Counted from the stretch's first letter, positions 39,730 to 49,424 are shown. The stretch is DNA of 64,000 nt from an uncultured virus (IMG/VR IMGVR_UViG_3300002071_000003) (IMGVR_UViG_3300002071_000003:1-64000), one strand, 5' to 3'. The notes: generated from the letters alone by a model not told the origin. Made by a program: numbers and translations.

Positions 39730-40221
39730 TTAGAATAGGCTGTAGTTATCCCAAATCGCTCCACCATCGCTCATTAGGCCAGCGATAAAACTGTTATAAC
39801 TTTCTGACGAGTATATGTTGCTGTAGCCATTTAGTGGGGCAGTAACGGCTTTTGCCAGTCTATATATTGGTAGATATCGTGCCAATTCCTCAACGTCTAC
39901 TTGGATAGGGTTCTGTCGGCCCTGTTGTGGGTTATACGAGAAATCCTGATCACGGAAGTTGGCAAGTTGAAGATTACCCATCTTATAGATAACTGATCCC
40001 ATCAATATGATAGGCCGCTTATCCTTACTTGCAATCATCGGTTCTACCGAATACGAGTTAGGTGGAATAAAAGTAATTGCATACGTTCGTGACCATCTAA
40101 ACTGTAGTGCCTCTACAGCGTCGGAAAGATAGGCGGCTAAAGTAGAATCAGTATCCTTAGCCTCTTGGTATACCCCAAGGTGCCGCTTAAAGGGCGGAAC
40201 TATATCTAGCATATTTTCCAA
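39730..40221 (-). CDS. head-tail adaptor protein
   Basis: Synteny after the capsid genes; helical N-terminus followed by a D.DFSY beta segment. Confidence 0.6.
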   Translation of the reverse strand: MENMLDIVPPFKRHLGVYQEAKDTDSTLAAYLSDAVEALQFRWSRTYAITFIPPNSYSVEPMIASKDKRPIILMGSVIYKMGNLQLANFRDQDFSYNPQQGRQNPIQVDVEELARYLPIYRLAKAVTAPLNGYSNIYSSESYNSFIAGLMSDGGAIWDNYSLF

Positions 40222-40223
40222 AT

Positions 40224-40652
40224 TTACTCCACTCCTGCGCCCTGCATTAGTATGGGCGATACTTCCGCTAAACGATTCTCAATCATTTCTAACACTTGGC
40301 TAGAACGCTTCGCGGCCTTAGCCGCTGTGTAAAGTTTAAGCAAAGCAGTATCAGATGATATCTCAGTCAGCTTCTTTTTAAGAACAAATACGTTCTTAAC
40401 AATTACTGCTGCCTGTTCGTCATCAATGGTGTTAGCATTTTCTATATTCATTGCGGGTTCTTTAGACTCAAGAATTAATCCTTTTTCAATGGCATGTCTA
40501 TTAGCCATCTTAAAGTCGCGTAACTTGGTGTTCTCAATTGCAACATAGGAGTTGGCATTTGATAATACCATTCCAGTTGAGTCCTGTATATTAAATCTGA
40601 TACCCACGTTGAAAGGTACGTTCTTCTTATAAAATGTAAGTTCCTCACTCAT
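40224..40652 (-). CDS. hypothetical protein following the MCP
   Basis: SD-preceded ORF. Confidence 0.65.
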   Translation of the reverse strand: MSEELTFYKKNVPFNVGIRFNIQDSTGMVLSNANSYVAIENTKLRDFKMANRHAIEKGLILESKEPAMNIENANTIDDEQAAVIVKNVFVLKKKLTEISSDTALLKLYTAAKAAKRSSQVLEMIENRLAEVSPILMQGAGVE

Positions 40653-40711
40653 CTCAAAAATCTCCCTAGCACCCTAAAGATGCATCCAAGCCGGTCTACC
40701 GGCACATAAAG

Positions 40712-40753
40712 AAAGTAAAGGGCCATCCGGCCATAACTGACCGAATGGCCCCC
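40712..40753 (-). terminator. probable terminator after the major capsid gene
   Basis: Minus strand GGGGCCATTCGG...CCGGATGGCCC-TTTACTTT. Confidence 0.55.
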
Positions 40754-40791
40754 ATCTACTAATATTCAATTACCACATACTGTGGGACTGC

Positions 40792-41802
40792 TTACGGAAC
40801 CTGAGATGTAACCTTAACCTTGGTTATTCCTCTAGCATTCCAAAGGATCATTCCAAACTGAATCCATGTCTCATAGTTCCAGTACGGAGGGGTAGGTCGA
40901 TTATCGACATATTCCTTATACTGTGGGCCACCATAAGTTATGAATTCTCCGATATTGTCTCCTACTACCAGCACAAAATCTGACGGTAGAAGAGGAAGTG
41001 GCGGATACTCAGTCTGATCGAAAATCTGCTTTAGTCGTACAATATTGCTTACGCCTCTGTATGACTCGACACCCTTAGTGCCATTGCCAAATGGTGAAAC
41101 ATTATTGAATGAAAGTGGGGGCTGACCATTAATTGTTACATACTGATCGCCTGTTCCCGTTACTCCGTTAACGTTTCCTGCAAATATCTTATACTGTCCG
41201 AATGTTGTTAGTGGTGCTAACGCTGCCTCTGTCCCTATAATTGCCTTTACTCCACCAGACCAGTAGTTAACATGGTCAATAGCGTTGTCAAGAGCAGTAG
41301 AAGTTAGTGGTCCTGCGGCATCTATAAAGTTAGAAAACGCGGAACCCGGTAGTGTTAGTGCTGCTGCATTTCCGGCATTCCAGATATTTCCTAAAGCGTT
41401 CCATGTTCGTAGGATCAACTTTTCGTTGAGCGCCTTCTGAATGTCGCTTCGGACTGTTTCCGGTGTGAATGACGGTCCACCGTGCTCTAATTCTAGTGTG
41501 TTATATTCTGCCTTTGCTGACAAGATATCGAGGTTAATGCTAAAAGCCTTGTCTCGTACCTGAATCTGCTGACCTAGCGTGATCTGGCCGGGAACGATTT
41601 GCTGTACATTGTACTTGCCCTTAAATCGCTTAACCAAGATATCGCCAAATTGCATTTCTCTAGTGCCCATGAACTGGGCCAAAAGATCAAATGACAAATA
41701 CACGGGGTCTACATACTCTGTAATAATTGCCGCAAAAGCGTTCTTATCCTTCTTTGCTAGTTCAGCTAATGCTGTTCGCAATTCGGGAGTTAATTTCTTC
41801 AT
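40792..41802 (-). CDS. major capsid protein
   Basis: 336 aa, perfect AAAGGAGG SD; position after scaffold and decoration genes; HK97-like layout. Confidence 0.8.
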   Translation of the reverse strand: MKKLTPELRTALAELAKKDKNAFAAIITEYVDPVYLSFDLLAQFMGTREMQFGDILVKRFKGKYNVQQIVPGQITLGQQIQVRDKAFSINLDILSAKAEYNTLELEHGGPSFTPETVRSDIQKALNEKLILRTWNALGNIWNAGNAAALTLPGSAFSNFIDAAGPLTSTALDNAIDHVNYWSGGVKAIIGTEAALAPLTTFGQYKIFAGNVNGVTGTGDQYVTINGQPPLSFNNVSPFGNGTKGVESYRGVSNIVRLKQIFDQTEYPPLPLLPSDFVLVVGDNIGEFITYGGPQYKEYVDNRPTPPYWNYETWIQFGMILWNARGITKVKVTSQVP

Positions 41803-41835
41803 CTAGTCTTCGCCTCCTTTTTTAGATTTATATTA

Positions 41836-42468
41836 TTATAAACCATTTGTTCCCTTAGTCTTAACAGTAACGGTCTTTGCGCCGAAAATTTCTAGCCCAA
41901 CAACTACTCCAACTGTTACGGAAGCGCCGTTTGCTGTATATGAAAGTTTTCCGCCGTCTGTAGCTCCGTTTCCTGCGTATACGACTGATCCTATTGCATA
42001 GTCACCAATGTAACCAGTATAGTTTCCAGAGCCGTATGTGAACGTACCTTCGTCGTACACCAAGCACTTGTTACCAGATGTTACTGGAATACCATAAAGT
42101 GCTGGCGGCAACTCGTACACCTTGATTGCTGCTGGCCAAGGTGTCTGATACGCCAAATCAGGGTCCATTAGGAACGTTGACTCAGATGAATCCTTTGAAC
42201 CATCATCAAATGGATATAGTGTTTCTCCGTTAAGTCCGGCTCCATCGAAATACGGTGGGGGATTTAGCGGCTTTGCCCAATCTACGGGGTACATAGACAA
42301 GTCTGCCTCTCCTGCACTTGCAGGAAGATGCATTCGCCCATCCGCTCCCCTAAAGCAGAATCGGCCTCTTGGTGTTTCCTGTGCTACTCGGCTGCCATCG
42401 ATATCATCGTACTTATTTACTACGAATAGTGTCTGTACTCGATTAACAGTGTTAATTGCGTCTACCAT
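41836..42468 (-). CDS. capsid decoration / cement protein
   Basis: Between scaffold and MCP; G..VY...GKL...VGVV beta-tulip-like C-terminus. Confidence 0.65.
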   Translation of the reverse strand: MVDAINTVNRVQTLFVVNKYDDIDGSRVAQETPRGRFCFRGADGRMHLPASAGEADLSMYPVDWAKPLNPPPYFDGAGLNGETLYPFDDGSKDSSESTFLMDPDLAYQTPWPAAIKVYELPPALYGIPVTSGNKCLVYDEGTFTYGSGNYTGYIGDYAIGSVVYAGNGATDGGKLSYTANGASVTVGVVVGLEIFGAKTVTVKTKGTNGL

Positions 42469-42491
42469 TTATACTTCAACCTCCTTTGAAT

Positions 42492-43556
42492 TTAGTCATT
42501 TGATCTTGCTGCTTCTCTTACCTGAGCACGTAGATCATCAAATGTAATTTCCTTGTCCCCATCTACTAGAGTAGGCTTAGGAATCAGAAGCTTTAATGAA
42601 GCAGCCGCAGACGAACCGGGTTTAGCCGATGCCTTTGCTGTTACAAGATCAGCAACATACTCTGTAAATACTTCCTCTGAGAGATTTGCAAGAAATTCCT
42701 TCTTTGCTGCGGCCTTAGGCGCATCCTCATCAAATGTAAATCCAGCCTCAATGTACTTTCTTGATCTTTCTTCTGCCTGTGCACTTTTTTCACTGGCCGC
42801 TACTTTTTCTTTTAGCGTAGTGTTTTCCTCTACTACCGAACTGTGAGTAGTCTGCAATGTTGTTAAATCTGCTGACTTCGTAGCCAACTCTATTTCTTTT
42901 GCAGCCAGAACTCCCTTTAGTCTTTCAACTTCTACCTTTAGTTCTTCTTCGTTCACTGTTTTACCTCCCGTTTTTTCTTTAGGTACAGATACTTCGGCAA
43001 GTTTTAGTATCTCAATATCCAATTCTTCGTTAGTTAGCTTTTGATCGGAAGCCAAAGCAAGTAATGCTGTTCGCTTTCCGTATGCTGGCTGTCTAACAAA
43101 TGTGGCTGCCATTGTAATTATGCCTTTAAGCCACTGTATTCCATTTTTTAAAATACTGTCCTCATATCCTAACTCCCAAGATATACCGGGAGCGTCACCA
43201 GCATTAAATGCATCCGTAAGATAACTTATTTCGTCTGGATATTCTTCTGCATAAAGTGCTGCTGTGCCTATTAATTTCTTTACTTCCCCAGTAGCATCAA
43301 TACTCATATGAGTGATATGCCCAATAGGGATTGAGCCAGCGTGGTTTCCAACACCCTCCCCAAGATATCTCATCTTAACAGGCATGTTGATTGCGCTAGC
43401 CGCTACTGTAGAGAAATCATCAAACTCAATTCCCATGTTATTTTCATTCGGTTGATCATCTGCAAAAATAAATCTGGCAGTAACCAAGAATGGGTTATTC
43501 ATAGCTGGTGTAGCATCAATAGACGCAAGCACAACCTTAAAAATTGAACTCTTCAT
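42492..43556 (-). CDS. prohead protease / scaffold fusion
   Basis: N.N...H..SIPIG...GISWEL...PAY protease region followed by a coiled coil. Confidence 0.75.
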   Translation of the reverse strand: MKSSIFKVVLASIDATPAMNNPFLVTARFIFADDQPNENNMGIEFDDFSTVAASAINMPVKMRYLGEGVGNHAGSIPIGHITHMSIDATGEVKKLIGTAALYAEEYPDEISYLTDAFNAGDAPGISWELGYEDSILKNGIQWLKGIITMAATFVRQPAYGKRTALLALASDQKLTNEELDIEILKLAEVSVPKEKTGGKTVNEEELKVEVERLKGVLAAKEIELATKSADLTTLQTTHSSVVEENTTLKEKVAASEKSAQAEERSRKYIEAGFTFDEDAPKAAAKKEFLANLSEEVFTEYVADLVTAKASAKPGSSAAASLKLLIPKPTLVDGDKEITFDDLRAQVREAARSND

Positions 43557-43636
43557 TGAATCACCCCTTAAAGATGGTTACCTGTGAGTGCCACCCACTA
43601 TTAATATTCTTTAATACATCGTAAACTTGGGCGATT

Positions 43637-43900
43637 TTATCGTAAAGACTTTATTTTGACCTTACCAAAAACCTTGGTAGCGATTATAGCGTTCTTTAAT
43701 ATGACTGTGTATGATGCATCGTCATACTCCTGGTATCGCTCAATATCGGATACAACTATGATTGCTTTCTTATCCTCTTTATATAAAATACCTGCTGTCA
43801 GAACAGGTGTTGTGAATGCCGCACTAGGGCTTTCTAATATTGGGGTTCGATCAAAGTGAATGTGATCCTCCCATAATACTACAACTACTGGATATTTCAC
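43637..43900 (-). CDS. conserved small phage protein (W.D...G.L type)
   Basis: VVVLWEDH...TAGILYKED pattern. Confidence 0.6.
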   Translation of the reverse strand: MKYPVVVVLWEDHIHFDRTPILESPSAAFTTPVLTAGILYKEDKKAIIVVSDIERYQEYDDASYTVILKNAIIATKVFGKVKIKSLR

Positions 43901-45597
43901 TCTTCTAATATTCCGCCTATAGCTTCTAGCTTCTCATCTGTAATCTCGATCCCCGTAGATAAGGCTATCTTGTTTATTAAGTTTAGTACTTCCTCATCTT
44001 CCATTAGCTCTGCACCAATTTTAGGTGTGCCTGTAGACCTTGGACTGACCGCAGGATTCTGCTTCCCTACTGGTCTACCATTAATTGTTTTTGCTCCCGG
44101 TCCCTGTCCCGGTGGGGGTTGCCCAAACGCGCCTCCCGGTGGAAGTGGGCTATAAGGCATTGGTGGGAATGGGGGCATGTTTTTCATACTGACTAACTCG
44201 TCCTTCATTAATTCAATTTCAGAAGTGAAGTTAAGTCCTAACATATCATCTCTGGTTGATCTACTGATGTTACCCTCTTTAAATGCCTGAGCAAATACCG
44301 CTGCTGTCTTTACAGCATCTTGTAGTTTGATGGGCCTAAACTCAGGAACAGGGATGTTTCTAAATCCATTCATATCCCCAACAAGTTCATACTCCGTTGT
44401 AACCCAGTCTATTAACTCAACACGTAACTGGTCCATCATTGGGAGTATTCCCCACGTACTTACCTCTGCTGCTGCTCCCCTCGCTGAACCTCCCGAGCCG
44501 CCGCCGCCTAGAATTCCTGCGAACCCTAATCCTTCGGATAGTTCCTCATTAACCTGACGATACTTGTCCTGATTTAACATCGCAGAAACGTCTGGATGAA
44601 TCCACGTTAGTTGTGTGGTATGGTTAGAGAATAAGATGAATAGTCTTTCCATGAGTTTAGGATTATTGGCACGCGCCAAAATTTGAGCCTTCAACTCATC
44701 AAGATTCTCTCTTGTCTCTTCTGTAAGGGGGAACATATCCGATCCTTCCTGAACAAGAAGGATGGCATTGATAACTCGGGATGCAACTGCAAAGTCCATC
44801 CGTCTAAGTTGCTGCTTATATGTAAGCGGCTCTAGAACGTTGTAAAGATATGGGGTAGGATAGGGACTATAAGATGTTTCCTTTCTCATTATATAGTTAA
44901 CAGGTTCAGGAATCTGAATCTTATCTGCACCGTTTCTAATATCCTCTACCCACATAGGAAACTGCGTTTCATACATACTCAATCGTTGTTTAAGCTGCTG
45001 ATTTTTTATGTCCTTTCCGCGTATCAATTTAATATCTGTGGAAGGTACCTTTACAAAGAAGGCTCGCTTTCCCCACCCAATCCACTCTACGTATGTAAGT
45101 AAGGGTGGATACCAATCAAAGGTCGGCATCTTGTAGGTCTTGTTAGGCTTTAGATCAGGAGAAAGGTCACGTCCCTTTATTTCTTGATAATCAGTTCTAG
45201 GAAGTAGCAGCCCTGATAGGTAATATTCCAAGGCCATGTTACTAAGAAATCTAGACATTTTAGAAGGGTTACGAGTAAGAATAGTCTTATAGAAAACATT
45301 AGCCTCGTCAGTCGTCTTTCTAACTTGACCGTTTCTAATATCTGTTATTGAGAATTCCTGTAAACGGTTTATAACTGTTCCAACCGATCCCCCACGTTGA
45401 TAGAAATCATAACACATCTTTATTACGGAGTGATAGTTTCGTGGAATAATCAGCTTCTCAGGGGATAGTCCTGCTATCTGAAACTGCTGATCTACCATAC
45501 CACCGGGCATATAAAATGAATCTCCCCCCTCGAAAGGAGAGGTAGCGCCATTTAGTACCGACGCTTTGGCCAGTTTAACTACTGCTTTCTCTTCCAC
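43897..45597 (-). CDS. portal protein
   Basis: 566 aa directly after the terminase; G.ISRST...LG C-terminal motif; Pro/Gly-rich tail. Confidence 0.85.
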   Translation of the reverse strand: MEEKAVVKLAKASVLNGATSPFEGGDSFYMPGGMVDQQFQIAGLSPEKLIIPRNYHSVIKMCYDFYQRGGSVGTVINRLQEFSITDIRNGQVRKTTDEANVFYKTILTRNPSKMSRFLSNMALEYYLSGLLLPRTDYQEIKGRDLSPDLKPNKTYKMPTFDWYPPLLTYVEWIGWGKRAFFVKVPSTDIKLIRGKDIKNQQLKQRLSMYETQFPMWVEDIRNGADKIQIPEPVNYIMRKETSYSPYPTPYLYNVLEPLTYKQQLRRMDFAVASRVINAILLVQEGSDMFPLTEETRENLDELKAQILARANNPKLMERLFILFSNHTTQLTWIHPDVSAMLNQDKYRQVNEELSEGLGFAGILGGGGSGGSARGAAAEVSTWGILPMMDQLRVELIDWVTTEYELVGDMNGFRNIPVPEFRPIKLQDAVKTAAVFAQAFKEGNISRSTRDDMLGLNFTSEIELMKDELVSMKNMPPFPPMPYSPLPPGGAFGQPPPGQGPGAKTINGRPVGKQNPAVSPRSTGTPKIGAELMEDEEVLNLINKIALSTGIEITDEKLEAIGGILEE

Positions 45598-45615
45598 TAT
45601 ATAACACTCCTATTA

Positions 45616-47190
45616 TTAAGCCACTAACCACTTAGCAGGTATGAGCCTAATTTTGACTTCTTCCTTTAAATGTAACACGGGAACACCGTATGAGTTTTCA
45701 TATGCCATAACAGCGCACATCATTGCGGCCATTTGGTGGTCATCGTCTGTGAAATAGACCGGCTCTCCTGTAATAGTTCGTCGGAATTTTGTTCTTTCCA
45801 GTTCCGCCATCAGGTTATCGTCATCCTTTGAGAATACGAAAGACCTGTCTTGCTGTACCCATCTAGATAATGTCTCAACAGAGTGCTTCTTCATCTGCTC
45901 CTTTTTCTCTACGCCGTCTTCATCAACAGCAACAACAATAAAGGAACCAAACTCTACAGGGTATAGTCTTTGAATATAGTTATATTCTCCATACTGGGTT
46001 AGATCACCGGCTAGGTCTTGATACTGAACCTTGCCCGGTCCACCCATATCAATACCGATGAATTCAAATTTATATATTCTATCTAGCCAGATTAATACCT
46101 CTCTCTGTAAAGCATACTCTACACGTTGCATAACTATTCGGGCAAGATTCCTCCATTTACCTGTCTGTAAATCTTCATACATGATAAAAAAGACACCGGG
46201 ATCAGGAGAGAACCCTACATCATATCCCAATCCGACTCTCGGTATAGCGCCTCTGTAAGGCTCTATAGGCGGTGGTGCGAGGATTTCCTCTAGGTGGTAG
46301 CGTACCTGCCCATCAATATCCTTTCTCTTGCACCCTTCAAACATATGGTGATTAAGTACTATTAGCTGTACTTCGTAATCATCGGTTAGGAATCGTGTTC
46401 TATCGAATACAGAGAATGTAGGTACTCCGTGCTGACCAAGAACGTAGTGCTTGAAATCTTCTGAATCTTCTTGGAGTGAGAAATATTCTTTTCGTCTTGT
46501 ATATTCTAGTTCGGGGGTCCACCAACTCATAATAGTTTGGGGAGCATTAAACTTAATATACTTCTCATCTAACTGGTCTGTTGTATAGAGAACGTTTTCT
46601 CTTCGTTCACCATTAGGTACACCAGAAGTTAGCATCTGGTAGCCATCTATTTCAGGCTTTAGACAGTTTTGTAGGGAGAGCCATGTTCTCCACGGCAAGT
46701 CCTGAGCCTCGTCTACCCATATACGGAATGTGTGTACACCAATAACGTTTGCTTCCGATCCTGCTGAACCCGCAATACGCATCAATAGCTGGAACCCGTT
46801 GGCGAAGTCTATCTTTCCTTCGGATACATTTATTGAGGAACCATACTGTTTTATAAGCCAGTGTGTAAGGCACGCTGATCGAATTCTAAAGAACGCCAAA
46901 TCCTTCTGTGCCTTATTAGGAACCAAAACAAAAAGCCCCGGATCACCGGGGATAAACATCTTATTAACCATCCAATAATAAAGTAACTCTATCATGGTGG
47001 TTGTTTTGTGCACAGATCGCCCACAGCACATTGAAACATAGCTAGATGTACAGGTTGACCAAGCCCTTTCGTGTAACTCTAGGCCGTGCCAGTTAGGATC
47101 ATCCTGATTTATAAATTCTCTAAATAGGACTGGGTGCGCAAGGATTTGTGCCAGCGCCCACTCCTGTTCGAATACTTCTTCGTCTTCCAT
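45616..47190 (-). CDS. terL: terminase large subunit
   Basis: GRSVHKTT (variant Walker A), WVDEAQ (Walker B), SGVPNG, nuclease GYDVG..D, GIDMGG and DDH. Confidence 0.9.
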   Translation of the reverse strand: MEDEEVFEQEWALAQILAHPVLFREFINQDDPNWHGLELHERAWSTCTSSYVSMCCGRSVHKTTTMIELLYYWMVNKMFIPGDPGLFVLVPNKAQKDLAFFRIRSACLTHWLIKQYGSSINVSEGKIDFANGFQLLMRIAGSAGSEANVIGVHTFRIWVDEAQDLPWRTWLSLQNCLKPEIDGYQMLTSGVPNGERRENVLYTTDQLDEKYIKFNAPQTIMSWWTPELEYTRRKEYFSLQEDSEDFKHYVLGQHGVPTFSVFDRTRFLTDDYEVQLIVLNHHMFEGCKRKDIDGQVRYHLEEILAPPPIEPYRGAIPRVGLGYDVGFSPDPGVFFIMYEDLQTGKWRNLARIVMQRVEYALQREVLIWLDRIYKFEFIGIDMGGPGKVQYQDLAGDLTQYGEYNYIQRLYPVEFGSFIVVAVDEDGVEKKEQMKKHSVETLSRWVQQDRSFVFSKDDDNLMAELERTKFRRTITGEPVYFTDDDHQMAAMMCAVMAYENSYGVPVLHLKEEVKIRLIPAKWLVA

Positions 47191-47853
47191 CTATCTCACA
47201 AATATTACCTGTTCACTACATTTCCAGCAGACAAGATTAATATTAATACTGCTTTCTTGGTCTGGAAAATTGAGCCAGTATCGTGCCAACTCTATATTGC
47301 AACTAGGGCAAGTAATTCCTGTCGTTGTTCGTTTCCAATACTCTAGCGCCCTTGTTCTGATAGAGTCTATATACTGGGGAATATCATCTACTTGCTTTTC
47401 CTTTCGCGCCTTCCGTGTAATACCGAGTCTATCCTGTAATTCATTGATAGACATTGTTAGGCTGCGCTGTAGGTCGCCGTAAGATTTTAACGTTCTAGAA
47501 AGATTAACAGGATCGGCTTTGAGTGTTTCTTTAACACTTGTCATATCCTTATCAAAGTCTTCTTGCTGGATAAGGTATCTAACTAACTGTTTTAGTGCTT
47601 CTGAGTCATTGGATTCGTTCATATCGATTCCATACTCTGTTTGTAGTTTAGCAAGTTTCTGCTCAAATCTCTTATCGAGTTTAGCAGAAGGTTCACTAAG
47701 AGTAACTAACTTCTGTTCTTCCTTGATCTGCTCTTTACGTAAGATCATCTGAAACAGTTGCCAGTCAGTAAAATCTTTGAACCTAGGAATGTTTCTAAGT
47801 CTTTTTATCTTCCCTTCATACCCTGCCGGTATTTTGTGCTGTTCTTCTTCCAT
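47191..47853 (-). CDS. probable terminase small subunit
   Basis: Directly upstream of TerL; helical with LGITRKAR and a C-terminal Zn ribbon; start trimmed to the ATG downstream of the terminator. Confidence 0.55.
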   Translation of the reverse strand: MEEEQHKIPAGYEGKIKRLRNIPRFKDFTDWQLFQMILRKEQIKEEQKLVTLSEPSAKLDKRFEQKLAKLQTEYGIDMNESNDSEALKQLVRYLIQQEDFDKDMTSVKETLKADPVNLSRTLKSYGDLQRSLTMSINELQDRLGITRKARKEKQVDDIPQYIDSIRTRALEYWKRTTTGITCPSCNIELARYWLNFPDQESSININLVCWKCSEQVIFVR

Positions 47854-47862
47854 TTCAAACCC

Positions 47863-47893
47863 CAAATAAAAAAGCCCTGATTTCTCAGGGCTT
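47863..47893 (-). terminator. rho-independent terminator ending the tRNA-array transcript
   Basis: Minus strand AAGCCCTGA-GAAA-TCAGGGCTT-TTTTTATTT. Confidence 0.85.
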
Positions 47894-47897
47894 ATGT

Positions 47898-48155
47898 TTA
47901 CCAACCGTTCTGTATTATTCTCTTCTCTAATGTTGCGTAATCTTGATCGTATAAAGCACGACGCCAATCAAACTTAGGTCTTATATATCTTGGGCTCTTA
48001 CACATATCACAACTACAATCTGAGAAGTGGTGCTTGGAATACCAGTTATCGTAAGGGACATTAAAGAACTCCGCGATGGGATTCTGCTTTCGCTTTTTAA
48101 TCATTCTGTCTCTTTGAAATCTAGTAATATCTCTACTGTGTCTAAGTTCTGTCAT
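47898..48155 (-). CDS. hypothetical protein (CSCxxC)
   Basis: GAGG SD; CSCDMC motif. Confidence 0.55.
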   Translation of the reverse strand: MTELRHSRDITRFQRDRMIKKRKQNPIAEFFNVPYDNWYSKHHFSDCSCDMCKSPRYIRPKFDWRRALYDQDYATLEKRIIQNGW

Positions 48156-48180
48156 CGTATGACCTCACTACTAGAAAGAG

Positions 48181-48257
48181 TGGTTGCGGGAGTGGGATTC
48201 GGACCCACGATTAGCTGCTTATGAAACAGATGAGATAGACCACTTCTCTATCCCGCA
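48181..48257 (-). tRNA. trnM: tRNA-Met(CAU), initiator-like
   Basis: TGCGGGA/TCCCGCA-A-CCA acceptor; loop TTCATAA. Confidence 0.85.
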
Positions 48258-48258
48258 A

Positions 48259-48342
48259 TGGTGGAGTTGTCGGGGCGCTGCCCCCCGAGTTTTTCCTTTG
48301 GCAAGAACTTAATCCCCCCGTGGGAACTTCTAAGTCAACCCC
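48259..48342 (-). ncRNA. Ala-identity tRNA-like / mini-tmRNA-like RNA (84 nt)
   Basis: GGGGTTG/CAACTCC-A-CCA acceptor with G3:U70; T-arm TCGGGG-GGCAGCG-CCCCGA; no canonical D stem or anticodon loop. Confidence 0.7.
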
Positions 48343-48344
48343 AT

Positions 48345-48430
48345 TGGTGGACCGGATAGGACTTGAACCTACACGCCCTAAAGGGACCTGATTTACAGTC
48401 AGGCGAGCCAGCCAATTGCTCAACCGATCC
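48345..48430 (-). tRNA. trnY: tRNA-Tyr(GUA)
   Basis: Cloverleaf with long variable arm; loop CTGTAAA; encoded CCA. Confidence 0.95.
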
Positions 48431-48439
48431 TAATTTTAT

Positions 48440-48557
48440 TGGGGCGACTAACCAGCCTAAGATAGTCATTACTGTTGACAGTTGTTGTACACCCGGCTCG
48501 TTCTAGTATAAGTCCTGACTAGACTCTACGGAGGAAGTTATTAGCTTCGCACACCCC
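48440..48557 (-). ncRNA. candidate structured ncRNA
   Basis: GGGGTG/CGCCCC closing stem ending in CCCCA; internal hairpins GAAG/CTTC, TCTAGT/ACTAGA and GACTA/TAGTC. Confidence 0.4.
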
Positions 48558-48562
48558 TATGA

Positions 48563-49423
48563 TTATTTACCTTTTCGATTAAATCTAGAATGACCACGTT
48601 TACTATATCTACACCCTACTTCTACTAGCGCCCTCATCTGATCGGGCTTTCTTGTAGCTCTATGATAAGCCATTGCTAAGTTACTATTAGGTTGCGACCC
48701 TTTCTGGCCTTTCCAAATTCGGGTCTTATAACTATCCCCAATAACAGGATGCCAGAGATGAATTATATCAGTATTAACAGTCTTGTGTTTTCCATATAGG
48801 GTATCTAGTGCCCTAAGTAATGCTACATCCTCCCCGCCCCATCCTTTGAATCGTTCATCAAAGCATCCACCTACCGCGTCAAGCGCCTCTCTAGGAAAGA
48901 TCATAATCATTGCGCCATAACGATGACCATAATTACTCTGTTTACCATTTTCAACATCTTCCATCAATGGGGGTGAAGGTAATCTAAGAGGGTGCTCTGG
49001 ATCAGAAGCTATAATCTTTTTACTCGCTTCCCTTTTTAAACGGTATAAATGACGGTATGGAACATACCATAGATGGTCTTGCATCTCTTCAAGAATTCGG
49101 TTAGCACATCGTTCAATAACTCTTCCCGATATATAGGCATCGGCATCAAGAATTACTAGAACTTTTCCAGTTGATTTTCTAGCTGCTTGATTTAATGCTT
49201 CGCCTTTACAGAATACTTTATTGTGGGATTCGCCAACTATAATCTCTGCATCTGGAAGTTCGTGCCTCCAATATTTAAGAAGCCATTTAAATTCGGCTTT
49301 TCTCTCAGCACTTTTAGTAGTAAAGGGTATAAGTAAACTTATCTTGGGACGTTCATAATGCTTATGGGGTTCCTCATGACGCCAGTCCCCAAACCTAAAA
49401 AACTCTAAAAATCTTCTAAACAT
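48563..49423 (-). CDS. GT2 glycosyltransferase with a GT7-type C-terminus
   Basis: SLLIPF, KGEALNQAA, ILDAD, FDERFKGWGGED and HLWH. Confidence 0.9.
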   Translation of the reverse strand: MFRRFLEFFRFGDWRHEEPHKHYERPKISLLIPFTTKSAERKAEFKWLLKYWRHELPDAEIIVGESHNKVFCKGEALNQAARKSTGKVLVILDADAYISGRVIERCANRILEEMQDHLWYVPYRHLYRLKREASKKIIASDPEHPLRLPSPPLMEDVENGKQSNYGHRYGAMIMIFPREALDAVGGCFDERFKGWGGEDVALLRALDTLYGKHKTVNTDIIHLWHPVIGDSYKTRIWKGQKGSQPNSNLAMAYHRATRKPDQMRALVEVGCRYSKRGHSRFNRKGK

Positions 49424-49424
49424 C

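Noticed and set aside
47854..47967. N-terminal extension of ORF 47191-47967
   Set aside because: It runs through a strong terminator; the ATG at 47853 is the more plausible start
48211..48423. 70-aa minus-strand ORF
   Set aside because: Lies entirely over tRNA-Tyr, the tmRNA-like RNA and tRNA-Met
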